Positions 50,920 to 64,000 of a stretch of DNA of 64,000 bases are shown in pieces. Made by a program: the position numbers and the translations under genes. A model generated the notes under the pieces. That model did no database searches and was not told the origin of the DNA. It worked only from the letters and a program-made list of their open reading frames with translations. Within the stretch, counting starts at the first letter, position 1; every line of letters begins with the position of its first letter. The stretch is from Camelus dromedarius (lineage: Eukaryota). Location: positions 13,640,001-13,704,000 of the forward strand of contig NC_087436.1 in NCBI RefSeq assembly GCF_036321535.1, given 5' to 3'.

Positions 50920-51068
50920 GGGGAGGGTATAGCTCAAGTGGTAGAGCACATGCTTAGCATGCACAAGGTCCTAGGTTCAATCCCCAGTACCTCCTCTAAA
51001 AATTGGTAAATAAATAAACCTAATGACCTCCCCCCCAAAAAAAAACAAAAGCAAAAAAAAATTTTTTT
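50920..51068 (+). mobile_element. Vic-1-like SINE
   Basis: TSD aagtcaaggac. Confidence 0.9.
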
Positions 51069-51250
51069 AAGTCAAGGACAGTGTTTATCTGGGCAGACTG
51101 TCATAAACAAAACACTGGGCTCCCCCTTACACCACGTCCTCAGTCCCAGTACCTGAAAAAGACAAAGTGGCTATCAGGTGGACAGAGTAAGGACAATATA
51201 TAAATAAACCCAGCTAGTAATTAGGATGTTCATTAAAAGTTAAAGACCTA

Positions 51251-51343
51251 GGGGGTAGGGGTATAGCTCAGTGGTAGAGTATACACTTAGCATGTGTGAG
51301 GTCCTGGGTTCAATTCCCAGTACCTCCATTAAAAAAACAAAAA
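51251..51343 (+). mobile_element. Short Vic-1-like SINE
   Basis: TSD ttaaagacc. Confidence 0.88.
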
Positions 51344-51860
51344 TTAAAGACCCGAATTAAATTGAATTCCTAAAATTAAAACTATTATTAGGAGATCAGT
51401 TTTGAGCTCTGTGTTCCAGTGCAAATCAGCTTCATAAGGGGCCATTCACTCCCTCTCAGTCCTATATTTAGAAAGGAGTCCTAACCATCTTAATGAGCCA
51501 GGTGAAGAGGTCACCACTGTAAACTTGTACTAGTTACTAAATGCTTCAGCATTTGCAGTCATTACAAGACAAGTAATGTTAAGTTTCTTTAAGCATGAAA
51601 AAGTCACATTGAATGGACATACATTACTACCACATTTAAACTCTTCAAAATTTTCCCCCCACGTAGCTATCAAGAGCCACCAAAATTCTGAATCTGAACA
51701 ACTGAAAAAATAAATGCTCGAGCAAACACACAGAAGGAAAGAGTTTGGGTAGCAGGAAAAGGGGAGACCGGGAGCAGAAAGTGAAAACTTCAGGCCAAGG
51801 AAAGCAAGAAAACCTGGCTGCCAGCCATAGCATAGTTTCCACAGGAACATCCACACTCAC

Positions 51861-51984
51861 CCTGCAGTGAACGGGAGGCACGTGGAAATGTCCTGCGGTT
51901 GTAAACACGGAATTCACCACCACCTCGCTCTCCCTGCTAGGGTTATACGCATAGAGGATCTTTGCTACAGGGTGTCCCAGGAAT
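51861..51984 (-). CDS. TMEM131L: TMEM131L exon ~5 ([41 protein letters not shown])
   Basis: 124 nt; cag|A acceptor, AGG|gtgagt donor; inside ORF 51645..52064. Confidence 0.95.
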
Positions 51985-52037
51985 CTGGGAGGGGAACAAG
52001 GAGAAAATGCAAGGTGTTGCATGGTTATAAATAAAAT

Positions 52038-52062
52038 CATCCATCCATCCATCCATCCATCC
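52038..52062. repeat. (CATC)n microsatellite
   Basis: Read directly. Confidence 0.9.
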
Positions 52063-53143
52063 ACACATTCATACAGTCATATACACATGCATACATACAT
52101 ATATATATATAGTCTAAACCCAGAAAGCTATTGATATTCATTACAAAATTAAAAGCAACAATTAGTCCAAAATTTTTCTTAATTTTTTTTTTAATAAGAC
52201 ACTTAAGCCAACCCACTGGTGCACCCCAATGATTTTTATATTGGAAGAATTCAACCCATTTAGGCCATTAAATACTTGTTTAAAAAAAAAAACAAAACAC
52301 CTAGTGGGAACTAGGTACTTGTCTGACATGTGTCTCTAATTCAAATGAAAATATGTTTCAGATAAGAAACTATACTCATAGAAAAAGCCAATTTTCTGAG
52401 AGTTTGTTCTCTAAGCAATAAAATTAAAGAGACTTTTGGGGGAATGGATTTTAAATGGCAAAGAGACTTAAGTCTCATAAAAGGAAAACTTCATTGTGAA
52501 AGACCATTTTCTTCCTCAAAGAATGAAAATTCTGCGGCACTTTCTAGCAGTGGCTCTTATGCATTTAAATCGTGAGTCTTTCAGGAAACCTGCGGAAAGC
52601 TTTGGCTCTCCTCTCCTCAAATATACACACAAAAGTTTTATACTTACACCCATAACTTTCCATGACCCTCAGAGTAAGCAACTCTGCTGTGCAGCAAACA
52701 CACTAAGAGATGGAGACCTTGCTGCTGATTCTTTTCAGCCGGGCTCTCCATTCACAAGGTGGGCTCCAACAAAGGAACCCCAGGAGGAAAGGGGCCGGCT
52801 TCCGGCCCACCTACCTGGAGCTACCTGTGATGTTTCCTGGAATCATTTACTTTGAATCCTGCTGCTCAATACCGAATTCACTCTAGTTCAACCACGTTGT
52901 AATTAACAGAGAGCCAGCAAAAACTTCACTGAAGTCATCTCTCCAGTTTTAACACCCTCAGTGGCAGAGTTCCAAAGAGACAGTTTTCATTAGTATGGCC
53001 TGGAAATACTAGATTCTAAATTCAGCAAAAATTCATCTACCTTCTGTTCATATTTCTCTGCCTTTATTCCAATTTCTGACATTAAGAATGTGTCATTTAG
53101 CACATTTGACTGTCCTGTATGATTGGATTACCGCATTCTGTTG

Positions 53144-53362
53144 ATTCTTATTTTGTGGTTGGCCTTATTCCTTTGATAACTACGCAAGTTTAAAAAGCTA
53201 AAGCTCTAAACTGTTCTTAGAAACAGTGATCAGTACGCATATGTAAACTAAAAAAAAAAATGCGCAGTATATTGTATATATGTATTTACATGCAATATAT
53301 TGTATATGTGTAGTCAAATTTTAACAATTCTACCTAATAAAACTGAAAAATGAAAAAAAAAA
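53144..53362 (+). mobile_element. Poly(A)-tailed retroposon 3' end, copy 2
   Basis: Closely similar to 16652-16876; AATAAA at 53336; may extend further 5'. Confidence 0.75.
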
Positions 53363-53433
53363 GAAAGTATGCTTTAGGAAAAATCTAATGTGTGTTGTTT
53401 CTCTTATATTCAATGGGATTTCTAAAATGCTGT

Positions 53434-53522
53434 TTTTTTTTTTTAAAATGGAGGTACTGGGGATGGAACCTAGGATCTCGCACATGCTAGGCATGCACTC
53501 TACCACTGAGCTATACCCTCCC
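53434..53522 (-). mobile_element. Short Vic-1-like SINE
   Basis: TSD tctaaa(a/c)tgctgt. Confidence 0.9.
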
Positions 53523-56336
53523 GTCTAAACTGCTGTGTTATTGCCATCAAATCCTTAAAATTTTTCTTTCAGCTTGTCCTCCTACTTTTAATCACAAGTC
53601 TTAACTGAGGGCTTAATAGGTCCAAAATGTATTTTATAAAATAAGTCCTTTACAGTCAGTTATAAATACACAGCAGTGTGATTAAAACCTTGATTTTTTT
53701 AGAGCATTCTTAAATAATACAACTAAAAAATTTCATACTATCATAAGCATCAAGGGTCACCTGAAAAAGCCCTTTCTCACGAGTACTGGGCTCCCATCTG
53801 CCTTTTCCCTCAATTAAATTAAATATGTAAGAACTTCCATGATTTTGGGTAAATAGCTGAAAGCTATTTATTATTATTAATACTTATCCTCAAAGCTTTT
53901 ATCTCATTCATAAAGTTGAAACACAAGATTTTTTAGTTTCAAATGATACAAATGTCTCCCAGAGCAAAACATTAAAAAACAAGGCTGCAAAACTGCCATG
54001 TTACACAGCCCAGTGGCTGCGTCCGCCAGAAGCCTCAGCAGACCTCACAGAGAATGCTGGCTGAAACCTACTGACCACTGTGCTATTTTTAGCCTATTTT
54101 TTTTAATTCTATTTTTAAAAGTGTTATGAGGATAAGAATTTCCTTCACTAGTGACAACTGGAAGATACTCTCTTAATTTAATACTACAAAAGAATGATGA
54201 AAATTTCTTGTGAATGATTAGCACTTTTAATCTCAGGACCAGCAGAATATTAACCCTTAAAATAAACCCTCAGAAGTAGGCAGAGGGCAGCTGAAGAACA
54301 TGATCCTGGTTCTCCAACCCAGAGGAAGACCAAAGCTCTGAGAAGGGTGAGGTGTGCTCAAGGTCAACGTCAAAATAAACAATAGCAAAGCCTGAACTAG
54401 GGCAGTGAAGTGATCGGGAGAACGCTCTGGTTGAAGTGTGTATCTAATGCCTATAAATTAGACCATTTGTTAGAAGTAAGATGAAACTCGAGTAATTTTA
54501 AATGTGTTCTGATTTAGACTATGGTTTGTTATTATCTAGATTTTTTTTAACATCAGCAAATATAACTTATTCACATAACTATATCCTGGATCTCAATGAC
54601 AAGAAAAACAGCATGGTGTGTGCTTGCTTAGAAATCGGGTTTATCTTGTCACTTGTAGTGAAATGACCTTTGGAAAAATGCACTACTTCTCAGCAACAAA
54701 TAGACGAGCATCTGTAGCACACGCTCAAATACACAGATATTTGGAAATGATACACACACACTTAGTAGCCCCTCTCTCTCTCAACACCTGCCTCCACCAT
54801 CCTTCCAGGACTGATATAAGACCCAGCCCACAAGTGACAAGTTGTACTTTGGAAACTATGAACTACTACATCAACAAAACTGAATTACCCAAAGGTGACT
54901 CAAGTCTAAAACTTAGTAACCTTTTCAAATCCAGACATTAAATACTCCTCTTCAACATGCTTCCAGCTACCAGAAATTGAAATGCAGAGCTAATTAACAT
55001 ACCTAGCTCATACATACATACACACATGGACACTGTTTACAGGATTTTTATATAACTGAAGAGTAAATATACTACAGACAGCTGGCATCCCATGAATTGG
55101 AACTGTATCCTAGTCTAACGAGACTCACTGCTCTCCATCTTATTACATCTACCAATCTGTAATACGCAAAGAAGGTCCTGCATCAAAATTTCCTTTACAA
55201 TACTTTTCACAAAAGCAAAGGGCTCTCTTAAAATTTGAAATCAATGACACTGTACTATATATTCAGCTTCTAATAAAGTTTCTTTACCAAAGAGTAAAAA
55301 TATAAAAATTCAAAAACAAAAAAGCAGACACCTAGAATCTTGCAGAGTCAGAAAGCTCCCTTCACACTTTTCTCTCTTCCTTTTACAGACTCTCCTGAAA
55401 GAGCTCAACAATGTACTTTTAAATTTAAAATTCTTTATCCTTTACTGCAGCTCTCATCTTTTGATGATCAGAAGGAACCGGAAAGAAGGAAGTCCAGATG
55501 AATAAAGGAGAGCACACCAGGAGACCACCACTAACACAGCCCAGATGCTCTCCTGTCACCATGGTTACATAACTCTTCTTGTGACTCAGAAAAGTTCTTC
55601 ATCAAACTGATGTTCCAGGCTGCTAAAACCAGCAGGTTTCTACACCTGAAACACTCTGTGACTTCCACCCTCTGAAACTCAACTAATGTGAAACTGTATC
55701 CACTCCATGCAGCACCATTCTGCATGCAGGGAGTCTAACACTTTAAGGTTCCAACTTCATCACAACCAACACCAGTCCGTCAGTCCCCTCTTCTGCACTG
55801 CTTCACCCTCCTCTTCCTTAACTGCTCCGAGTTCCCAGGTCAGTCCTCAGCGGGCTCTCAGATCATAGCCCCTTCACGTCATGGTCCTCAGTAAGACGTA
55901 CTGTGAATCATTACTGCTTATATGCCGTCTTCCACCCTTGTTTCCAGAATCTCAATCATAATAACTAATTTGCACAATTTGGAATCTTGAGAGACAGCAA
56001 GCAGTAAATATGAGTGAATAAATGAATCCAGTTTTTTAAAAATTCAGAAACCATCACTATGTAGTTCTTCATTACAAAATAACCTAATTTGTTTCAGAAC
56101 AAAGACTTATTTCTTAAATTATAAGGTACATTTATTAAAAACTAAAGAAAGGACTAAAACAATCCTTACACTCTCCTTTTCACAGAAATGTTCCTTTTAA
56201 CAAGTTGTAGGACCAATATCTCTTGATACTATCAATATACTTATAATATATTTAACATCACAAATATTTAAAAGATACCCAAAATCAAACAATGCAAATA
56301 GTAAATTACTAAAAATGATAAGGGAAAGATACTTAC

Positions 56337-56405
56337 TGAATTCCAAAATCTAGAACTGATGGCTGAAAATGTAAGCCCTTTCCACTAAATAGCTTGTCTG
56401 AGAAG
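56337..56405 (-). CDS. TMEM131L: TMEM131L exon ~4 ([23 protein letters not shown])
   Basis: 69 nt; tttag|C acceptor, CA|gtaagt donor. Confidence 0.93.
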
Positions 56406-58234
56406 CTAAAAAAAGAAAAGAAAAGAAGCAATTAAACTTATTGTAGTTTTAAAATTTGAATGCGGAGTTAAGAGGACATACTTAGGCAATGCCTCTCGTG
56501 AGGTATAATTTCACTCCCTTGTAGATGAGTCTGAATTAGAATTTAAATGTGAAAGTTGAATTATTAGAAGTCAAATACAGCTGCAAAAATTTAAGATACC
56601 CTTAGATTATGGTCAGTATCACTTCATACCAAATATACAGATTCTGTAAGCATTCAGATACAAATGAAGATAGATTTAATTTTCATAGACTTCATTTCTG
56701 GATGAATTCAGACAACATATCTATTCTCATCAACCCCAAGTCAAGAAAAGACATCCAAGTAAGGGGGTTTTGGGTGGAGAGGGTAGGAGAGGGAGGGAAC
56801 TTGGGCCTCTGAATTTGTTAAAGACTAGTTATAACACAGAAAGCACAGGAAACACAGCCAGGCTCGCTCCTGAAGTTGAACCCATCACCAGGTCTTTATT
56901 TTTAAGATTAACCACCACATAAAATCTCACAGGGCAGGTCGTATTTTCAGTAGCTATTTATTATAATGATGATTTCACTTTCCTTCAGAATCAGAAGCCA
57001 CAAGTTAATATACCAAAAAACATATAAAGATGTCACACTAAAAAAAAATGAGCTGTAACAACGTAGAAGCATACTTAAAGACATAGAATATGAAATATAT
57101 ATAAATATATAACATTTATAAAGTACAAGGATGTGTGTGTCTATCAAGAAACTATCAACTGTCATATGACATTTTAAAAGCCACATACTCCAAAAACATT
57201 TGACTGGAGAAGCTCCTAAATGTAGCCTGTATAACTGTTTTCAAAGCAAGTCTGCCAGAACAGTCTTTCCATCTGTTCCTCCCACAAAGTAGCCCTCTGC
57301 TGAGCACAGTTCAGAGGCTGGTTCACAAGCAGACATCTGAGTGTCAATCCTGCCAGGCCATAGACGCTTTGTGACCTTCAGCAAGCCCCTCTCCCATTTT
57401 TCTTGAAGGTGCAAACAATATGGAGACCAGAGAATCCCCCTCCAAAGTCCGCATCTCATGGGAAGTATCCTGGCTGCACACTTTTCTTCCTCCCTCCACT
57501 CTTCTGCCTCTAAGCTCCCTTCTTCCATCCTCCTTCCTAAGCATCCCTTCTCTGTTATCTTCCATCCGTATCGCCTTTATTCTATCTCCAACATTAACTG
57601 TATTAATAATAAGGGTGACAGCTCAGGCTCCATCTGCCTCTCCTGCCAACCTCTTCACTTGAGACCAGCTTGGGCAGATAAGAGGTCTGCCATGTACTCA
57701 AACCCCAAAAGGCCAGGACTAACTCCCTGACTTGCCTGCAAAACAAAAAGGCCACTCACACACCCAGTGGCCTCCAGAAATGTTCTGAATTGCCACAGGA
57801 GGCCATGGACGTAAAGAGCTGCCAGCATCAGATGCACGCAGCCACCCCCACTCCAGACCCAGCTGGCCGGGGCTCAGCATTCCAGAGCAAAAAGAAAACA
57901 GGCGACCTCACCTGCCAAAAATTATCTTAGAAAAGTCAGGCTACTGCTACAGGAGGAAGGAAAATAATTAGGGACAGTCTCCTTCCTGCCTTGTGTCCTG
58001 AAAGTGGATTTACCGTCAGATTTCACACACAACTTCTGAATGAAGATGAGGTTTGGAGGATTTAAGTGATTCACCCAAGATTACATAATAGCTACTCAGA
58101 GGCAGAGCCGAAATTCCACAGCAGACGTGTCCAGGTCAGAAACCTGAGCCCGGGGTGGAGTTCAGGCCTATCCAAGTTCACACGACCTACCCAAGGAACC
58201 AAGGATGTCTCGCCTGCAGGGAGAGAGCTTTAGA

Positions 58235-58425
58235 GCTCAGGTGCAAAACCACCACTTTCTACTCCTGCGTGGGCCCGTCACTCAGCTTCTCAGTCTCAGC
58301 CTTACTGTCTGTAAGATGAAGATGACAACAGTACCCTCTTTATAGTCACCATGAGGTTAAAACCAAATAACAAGGCCTTTGCCTCATGCCTGGCACATAG
58401 TTAAGTGCAATAAATATTAGGTCGT
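58235..58425 (+). mobile_element. MIR
   Basis: tctcagccttactgtctgtaagatg...tgcctggcacatagttaagtgcaataaatattag. Confidence 0.65.
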
Positions 58426-58672
58426 GTTACTAAGAGGACGGTGCTCATCTAACAGGAAAAGCAGTGGGAACAGATCCAGGAGCCAACGGAGCCTGGAGTC
58501 AGAGCTGACCTCGGGATTTAAAGGTCCCAAACAGGGTAGCAGTAATTAACTCTGAACAGAACAAATGAAATAGAAACCTGGCCTGGCTCATACCGTAACA
58601 GACTTTTCTAAGTCCTACAATCAGGAAGTTTCACACACCCAATGAAAATCGGGCATCTAAGGTCCAACTTAA

Positions 58673-58818
58673 GGGAGAAAGTGTAGCTCGGTGGTAGAGC
58701 TCATGGCTAGCATGCACGAGGTCCTGGGTTCAATCCCCAGTACCGCCATTAAATAAATACATAAATAAATGTAATTACCTCCCCCACAATAAAAAAAAAA
58801 AAAGATTAAACAAATCAG
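58673..58818 (+). mobile_element. Vic-1-like SINE
   Basis: TSD taaggtccaac. Confidence 0.9.
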
Positions 58819-61800
58819 ATTAAGGTCCAACCTAAAGCAGTAAGGCAGAAATAGCGGGAATTTCTCTTACTGCAAAGAGACTCTATTTTGACCTCACAAT
58901 GGAGAAATAAACCCATGTCAGTATTTCTTCCTAAAAGCCATAGAACAGATTCATCTTTTCTCACTAGTCAGTTTCTATTCACTTGACAATTTGGAACCTA
59001 GATCAAGTTACACAAGGAGATTTAACACCACTCTCTAAATTTAAAAGTAAGTTCTCATAGATAAAACCATTTTAGACACAGGTGTAGACATGGAGAGTTC
59101 TCACACACATACACGACCTCAAGCACTGGTTAAAGACCAAAGAGGGAAAAAGCAGCAAACTGCTGAAATTTCATCAAGCACAGACATCAGCAACTCTCCT
59201 CAAACATCAGGGCTAGCGAGGAAACTTCACTGTGTTTAAAAGATGCCAACGCTTTCATTCCTAAATCCACAACGTCAAAAAAAAATAACTTAAGCCTCAA
59301 GAGCTACAGAAATAAAAAGATAAAATGTCTCCCCTTTTCCCCTTTCCCTCCAGAGTCAGCATTAACCTCTTCACATTTGCATCCTTAATAATACGGGTGA
59401 TTCTTTTGCATCAAAGTCCACCTGGCCTCTTTCACTCAGAGTCCCCACAACTGCCATAAAATGAACACGCGCATCTTGTGAAAATAAATCATAAATTCAT
59501 ACCACATATTTCTAATCTTCACCCTTTCCCCATCTGCAAGATAATTATAAGGAAAAGTCTTTTAGTAAAAAAGAGAAATAAGAGGGGCCATTTTGCTTTT
59601 GTAACAGGACTAGGCAGGCACAGGAACAGGGCATGGAAGTACCAGTGATCTGGGCTGAGGCATCTCAGTTATATGGACCCCAACCCACACCCACTCAGCC
59701 CTTACTCTGAAGATGCCCACCTTCTGCCAAGAGCTGCACCTTCCTTCAGCGGCAGGACATACGGACAAGGAACTCTACACACACTTTTGTGAAAGAATAT
59801 CTTTGCCTAAGGCTACCTGACTTATTTTATTTTTTAACTTTTGCCATCGTTTTTTCCTCTATATAGAAAACAAAGAAACACACTTCGAAAAAGCAACTAA
59901 TACAAACAAGAGGAAAGAAACCAGAAGAGCCCGGTTCAGGTCCCAGCCATGAGCCCCGGCATGGGACACAAGGCTTCGGTTCCCTCTTCGGCAAACTGAA
60001 CGGGTTGGACTGGGTGCCTCCGAGATCCTTAAAAACGCACTAGGAAGTCCGGTCCTTCTTCCGAGGCAAATTAAATCCATCTGCCGATATCAGGCACACC
60101 CTTTAAAAAACTTCAGTCCAGTAACGTAGATATAAAAATGAATTAACTATCACCAACCGTTCTGGCCATTCACAAATGTTATGTGACCAAAACACATCAT
60201 TTTCAACGCGGTGCTCCACCTCTTGGGAGTGAGCAACAGGGCCCAGGGGCTCCAGACCCAGCCCGGCAGCTCTGGGCCACTCAGGACGGGAGGTCAGGGG
60301 AGCAGCCGGCTCAGGAAGAGTTGCCCCTCAAGATGATCATCCGGACAAGGCTCGTGTGCCAATGCGCAAAACTCAAAGATCAAGAGAGTTCAAAGAGGGG
60401 AGAGAAGAAATCTACCCAAAAGAATCAGGAAAGGCCATCAAGGGCCGGGACTCAACAGAGAGCTTCCCCAAGTGGAAATGGAACGGAGGTGCTTCCAGCA
60501 AAGCTAACAGCGCGAGGGAAGACGCAATGGCTGAGGGTGCAGGAGCCACACTGGGAGACACCTTCTGAGCACCTGGTAGAGTGGGGAGCACAGAGCCAGG
60601 GAGGCGGTGTGAGCGGTGCAGAAAGGAGGGCGGCCCCATACAGCAGTGCCGCTACCCGGGTGGTGCTCCTGGACCACAGGGACTGGGAACAGTGGCAAAG
60701 CTAGACGCTCGCCCCATCACTCCGTGAAGCAAGTCTCCTGTGCTGTGGGTCTGTGCTGGACCTTTTCACGGTAAACCTACAGGTCTACCTAGCTTCTGGA
60801 AAACACTGCTGTTTCAGGACAGGACTGCAGAGGCTGCCATCCTTGCCAAACAGGTAGGAGACAACTTCACGGTGAACACCGACAGGGAGGGTGGGACTGC
60901 CTGGTTTTCCATATTCCTACATGGACTGGTTTTCATCTGTTTCTCAAAGCCCCAACATCCACAGCTAAGCTGCCTTTTATATCTAAACTCTTTCAACACC
61001 CCGGGGGAAGCAGCACGTTTTGGCTTTTTTGTTTGTTTGTTTGTTTGTTTTAATTTTTAAGGTTAAGACAATGGTTTCAGCCACTGGATGAGGGCAAAAA
61101 GGTTGCAGGAACAAGAGGAAAGGTTTCCCACCCATTTCACAGACCCTCTCTGCCTCAGGAAGGTAACAAAGTAGACCACACCAAAATGATGCTCCTGTCT
61201 AGACTCTGAAGTATTCAAGGAAAGATATGTTGTGCTAATGAGCCACTTAATGAGCCACTTACTGGGCTGTTCTCCTTAGAGTCAGAGAAGGTGAGGCACC
61301 TTGAAGAGACCTGGAGACTCCCGAAGGTAGGGACTGTTAACCCCCTTGGACCTTGAGCAGGAAACAGGTGTTTCTAGGACGCAGTTGCTATTCCCAGGGA
61401 ACTTGGGCTTTTTGACTTTTAATTTTAAAAAATGCTTCTCCCCAAAAGTTTACTGAGAGGAAAAAAATGTGAAATACACAATCTACTTAAGTTAGAAATG
61501 TCATTCTTCCCAGTAAATCAACCACTTGCAAAGAACCACTTAAAAGTGGATGCAGAAACCAGTCTTTTTCCCACTAAATTCCCACAGAGGGGGAAAACGT
61601 CACTTGGTACAATAGGATTTTCCCACTTTCTTCTACTCACAGAAAGCCTCTGGCTTCAAAGTCAAAGCCGAGCCAAGTACTTGAAGCAATACCAACAACG
61701 GACTGTTGGAGGCGCTCTCGCCAACAAGACATCTGGGGTTTTCAGCCACTTGGAGAGCGGATGGCCAAGCCCTCCCAGGCCAGGACAAACGTCCTCCACA

Positions 61801-62099
61801 CCAGTCTGTCCCCTGAGTTGCTGATGACCTTCTTCACCCACAGAGGAGGTGTTCTTTTCCCTTCAAGGTGACCCCGACCACCCCTTAATGCATGGGTCCT
61901 GGGCTGATTCCAGGGCCTCAGAGCTGCTTCCTGCCTCCCCAGGATTTCCACCATCTCCTTACCAGCACTGTCTTTCTCCTCCACTTACACACCTGAAACT
62001 CACGGCCCCTTACTTGAGAAGACCCCCGATGGTCCCTACCTGCTTCAAGTCCTCTTCTTCCCTTTGCAGCCCAACTGCCCATGAAAGTACCAATGACAG

Positions 62100-62320
62100 C
62101 AAGCACATTTATTGAGCACTTACAGTGTACCGGATGCTGCACCAAGCCCTTGACCATCCCACGTAATCCCACACACCCTGTGAATGCTATTACTATCACA
62201 CTTCCACGCACAAGGACACAGACGTGTTGAGAGCTTGAACAACTTGCCAAAGCCCACTCAGTGGCCAGGTAGCTGAACGGGACCATGATGTGTGTTCAGA
62301 GCCCCTCCTCTGCACTGCCT
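62100..62320 (-). mobile_element. MIR
   Basis: catttattgagcacttacagtgtacc...aacttgccaaagcccactcagtggccagg. Confidence 0.65.
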
Positions 62321-62730
62321 CCCACCCCGCTTCCCTCTGGCATCCTGCCCCTCCCGCAACCAGGACTGCTCTTGCTGAGGTCACCGAGGATAACAAGCTG
62401 TGATGTTGAGGGCTGAGCTCAGTTAATCTCTCCACCAGCTACCCTCTCTTGAAGTGCCCTCCCTTGGTTTCTAGGAAATATAGTCCAGTCTTCCTCCCCG
62501 CTCTGTGGCCGCTCCTGCCCTCCGTGAAGGTCCTCCCCTCTGCTCACCTATACCAGGTCACCCTCTCTTTCCAGCCAATCGCACTCACCCCCTAGGCTCA
62601 CCCATCACCAAGAGAGTGATGCTTTCCTATACAAACATCTGGATTTTTTTGGCTGTCCAGCACGTTAGCTTTCTTACCACATTCACAGATTGCCCACGGT
62701 CACCCCTTCTGGGTTGTGAAAAGATCAGTT

Positions 62731-62953
62731 ACAAGTGACCCCTGAACACGGGCTAGGATTTTGCAGCTCCGCCCCTACATGGTGTAAAGTCTGTGCATAA
62801 CTACAGTCCAGCCCTCGGGACGCCTGCCGCATCCGCGGTTCCCTACCCACGGATTCAACCAACTGCGGATCGTGTCGTCCATATTTACAGAAAAAAAATC
62901 GCATTTAAGTGGACCCACGCAGCTCCAACCCGCGTTGCTGAAGGGTCCACTGT
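62731..62953. mobile_element. Tigger-derived MITE (MER8/Tigger2a-like)
   Basis: Imperfect TIRs (t)acaagtgacccctgaaca / tgctgaagggtccactgt(a) with TA flanks; internal ggattcaaccaactgcggatcg. Confidence 0.75.
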
Positions 62954-62994
62954 ACCAGTTTTAGCAGCCTGGCCAGCACCCTAGCTGCAGGCGT

Positions 62995-63318
62995 ATGACC
63001 CAGACTTAGCCTGATTCACTTGCCTGAGGCAGGGCACCAGGAGGTGATGCCACAAGGAGTGCCGGAGGTGGAGACTGGCTCTGAGGGTGATAACCACAGC
63101 CACCAGCAGCGGGGTGAGCGGCAGGGGTGGGAGTGTCCTTGGCAGCCTCCTTCCATGGCACGGTTTGGCTGTGGTTCTAGCTGCTAAGTCTCCTTTTGGC
63201 TTGTTTGTTTTCTGAGCCTGGTTCTTAAGTCTTCCTCGAGATTCTGTGCACTGCCCAACATCTTTTCAATAAATTCCTTTTCTGCTTAAATCAGCCAGAG
63301 TTGGTTTCTGTGGTCTGA
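62995..63318 (+). mobile_element. MLT1-type (ERVL-MaLR) LTR remnant
   Basis: 3' end tcaataaattccttttctgcttaaatcagccagagttggtttctgtgg. Confidence 0.72.
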
Positions 63319-64000
63319 CTGATTCATTCCCCAAGCCTGTGTATCTGCGGCCTGGACGCCTCTGCTGAGCTTCAGACTTGTGTTTCCATCTGAACGCCGC
63401 CCGGCAGATGGTCCACGGGCACCTCCAGATGGAACCCAAGACGGAGCTGGGCATCGGACTTAGTCTCCCCATCAGCTCACAGCACTGTCTCCCCAGCCTG
63501 GTGAGTGACAGCCACCCTGTCCACCGGGAGCCCTGTTGAGACCCTGACTCTACCTTCTTTAGCTCCACGTGCAGCCGGTGCTGAGGGCTGTCCTGGGACC
63601 CCACACGCTGACACCACGCAAATCAGCTTCCACCTTCTAGTCTCACTAGCAGGACCTTACATTCAAAAGGCATTACATTTGCCCTTTAAAGAATATATTA
63701 TTACATTTACACATTTAATCACACCACAGTCCATACGTCATAAAGACCTCCTTTGGTTAAGTGGTTAAATAACCTTGTAAAAACCTATAAAAGAAAAGGC
63801 CAGTAATTAAGCTCATGTTTCCTAACACCCATCCAGCATTCTCTTTACTGCAATGCATGGCTTCTCATGGTTTAAAGATTTAACATCTTTTCCTAGACTC
63901 TGCTATATGTTAGAACAATTAAATATGATCTTGAAATCTGCAAAATACAAAATGCATTCCGCACCACCATTCACCTCTAGGGCAAGTCAGCATGAAACAG

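Larger units (their letters stand above)
4862..56405 (-). other. TMEM131L: TMEM131L (KIAA0922) gene body, partial: 22 internal coding exons; 5' and 3' ends outside the window
   Basis: 22 GT-AG exons splice with consistent phases into 3113 nt (1037 full codons, no stops); the translation follows the recalled human TMEM131L protein in order ([10 protein letters not shown]... to ...LPEVSRRTN). Exon numbers are by analogy to human. Confidence 0.97.

Noticed and set aside
59405..59430. TCF/LEF (ATCAAAG) and E-box (CACCTG) motif pair
   Set aside because: Short motifs are expected by chance in 64 kb, and no conservation or chromatin data are available.
61236..61260. 12-bp tandem duplication (taatgagccact x2)
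   Set aside because: Ordinary slippage event.
56406..64000. TMEM131L promoter or first exons
   Set aside because: No CpG island or signal-peptide exon is visible; the region is intronic with old repeats.
1..64000. CRISPR array, operon, prophage or other novel multi-gene system
   Set aside because: Nothing supports this: the recurring repeats are dispersed SINE and LINE copies, and all credible coding sequence belongs to one spliced mammalian gene.

Overview
Mammalian genomic DNA, most likely a camelid (camel, alpaca or vicuna), judged from 19 tRNA-Ala-like SINEs of the Vic-1 type and Laurasiatherian-type L1 3' ends. The whole window lies inside one minus-strand gene, TMEM131L (KIAA0922). 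I could reconstruct 22 consecutive GT-AG coding exons (approximately human exons 4-25, 56405 down to 4862). They total 3113 nt, splice in frame to 1037 full codons without stops, and cover the lumenal region, the transmembrane helix and the start of the cytoplasmic tail. The start and end of the gene lie outside the window. Introns are filled with SINEs, L1, L2, MIR, MER DNA transposons, one MaLR LTR and microsatellites. I found no prokaryote-type system and no convincing new multi-gene system. The most unusual signal is the large cytoplasmic-tail exon (4862-5424): it has a core of about 87% GC that is CpG-dense, encodes a Gly/Ala/Arg/Pro-rich segment and carries a (GGGCGC)n G-quadruplex-type repeat, which suggests lineage-specific GC-biased gene conversion. 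Other oddities are two loci where the same target site appears to have been hit twice by retroposons, an unassigned poly(A)-tailed 220-bp repeat in two copies, an unexplained 136-bp insert within an old L1, twin-primed L1 inversions and local duplications. Human comparisons and repeat-family names come from recalled sequences, not from a search.
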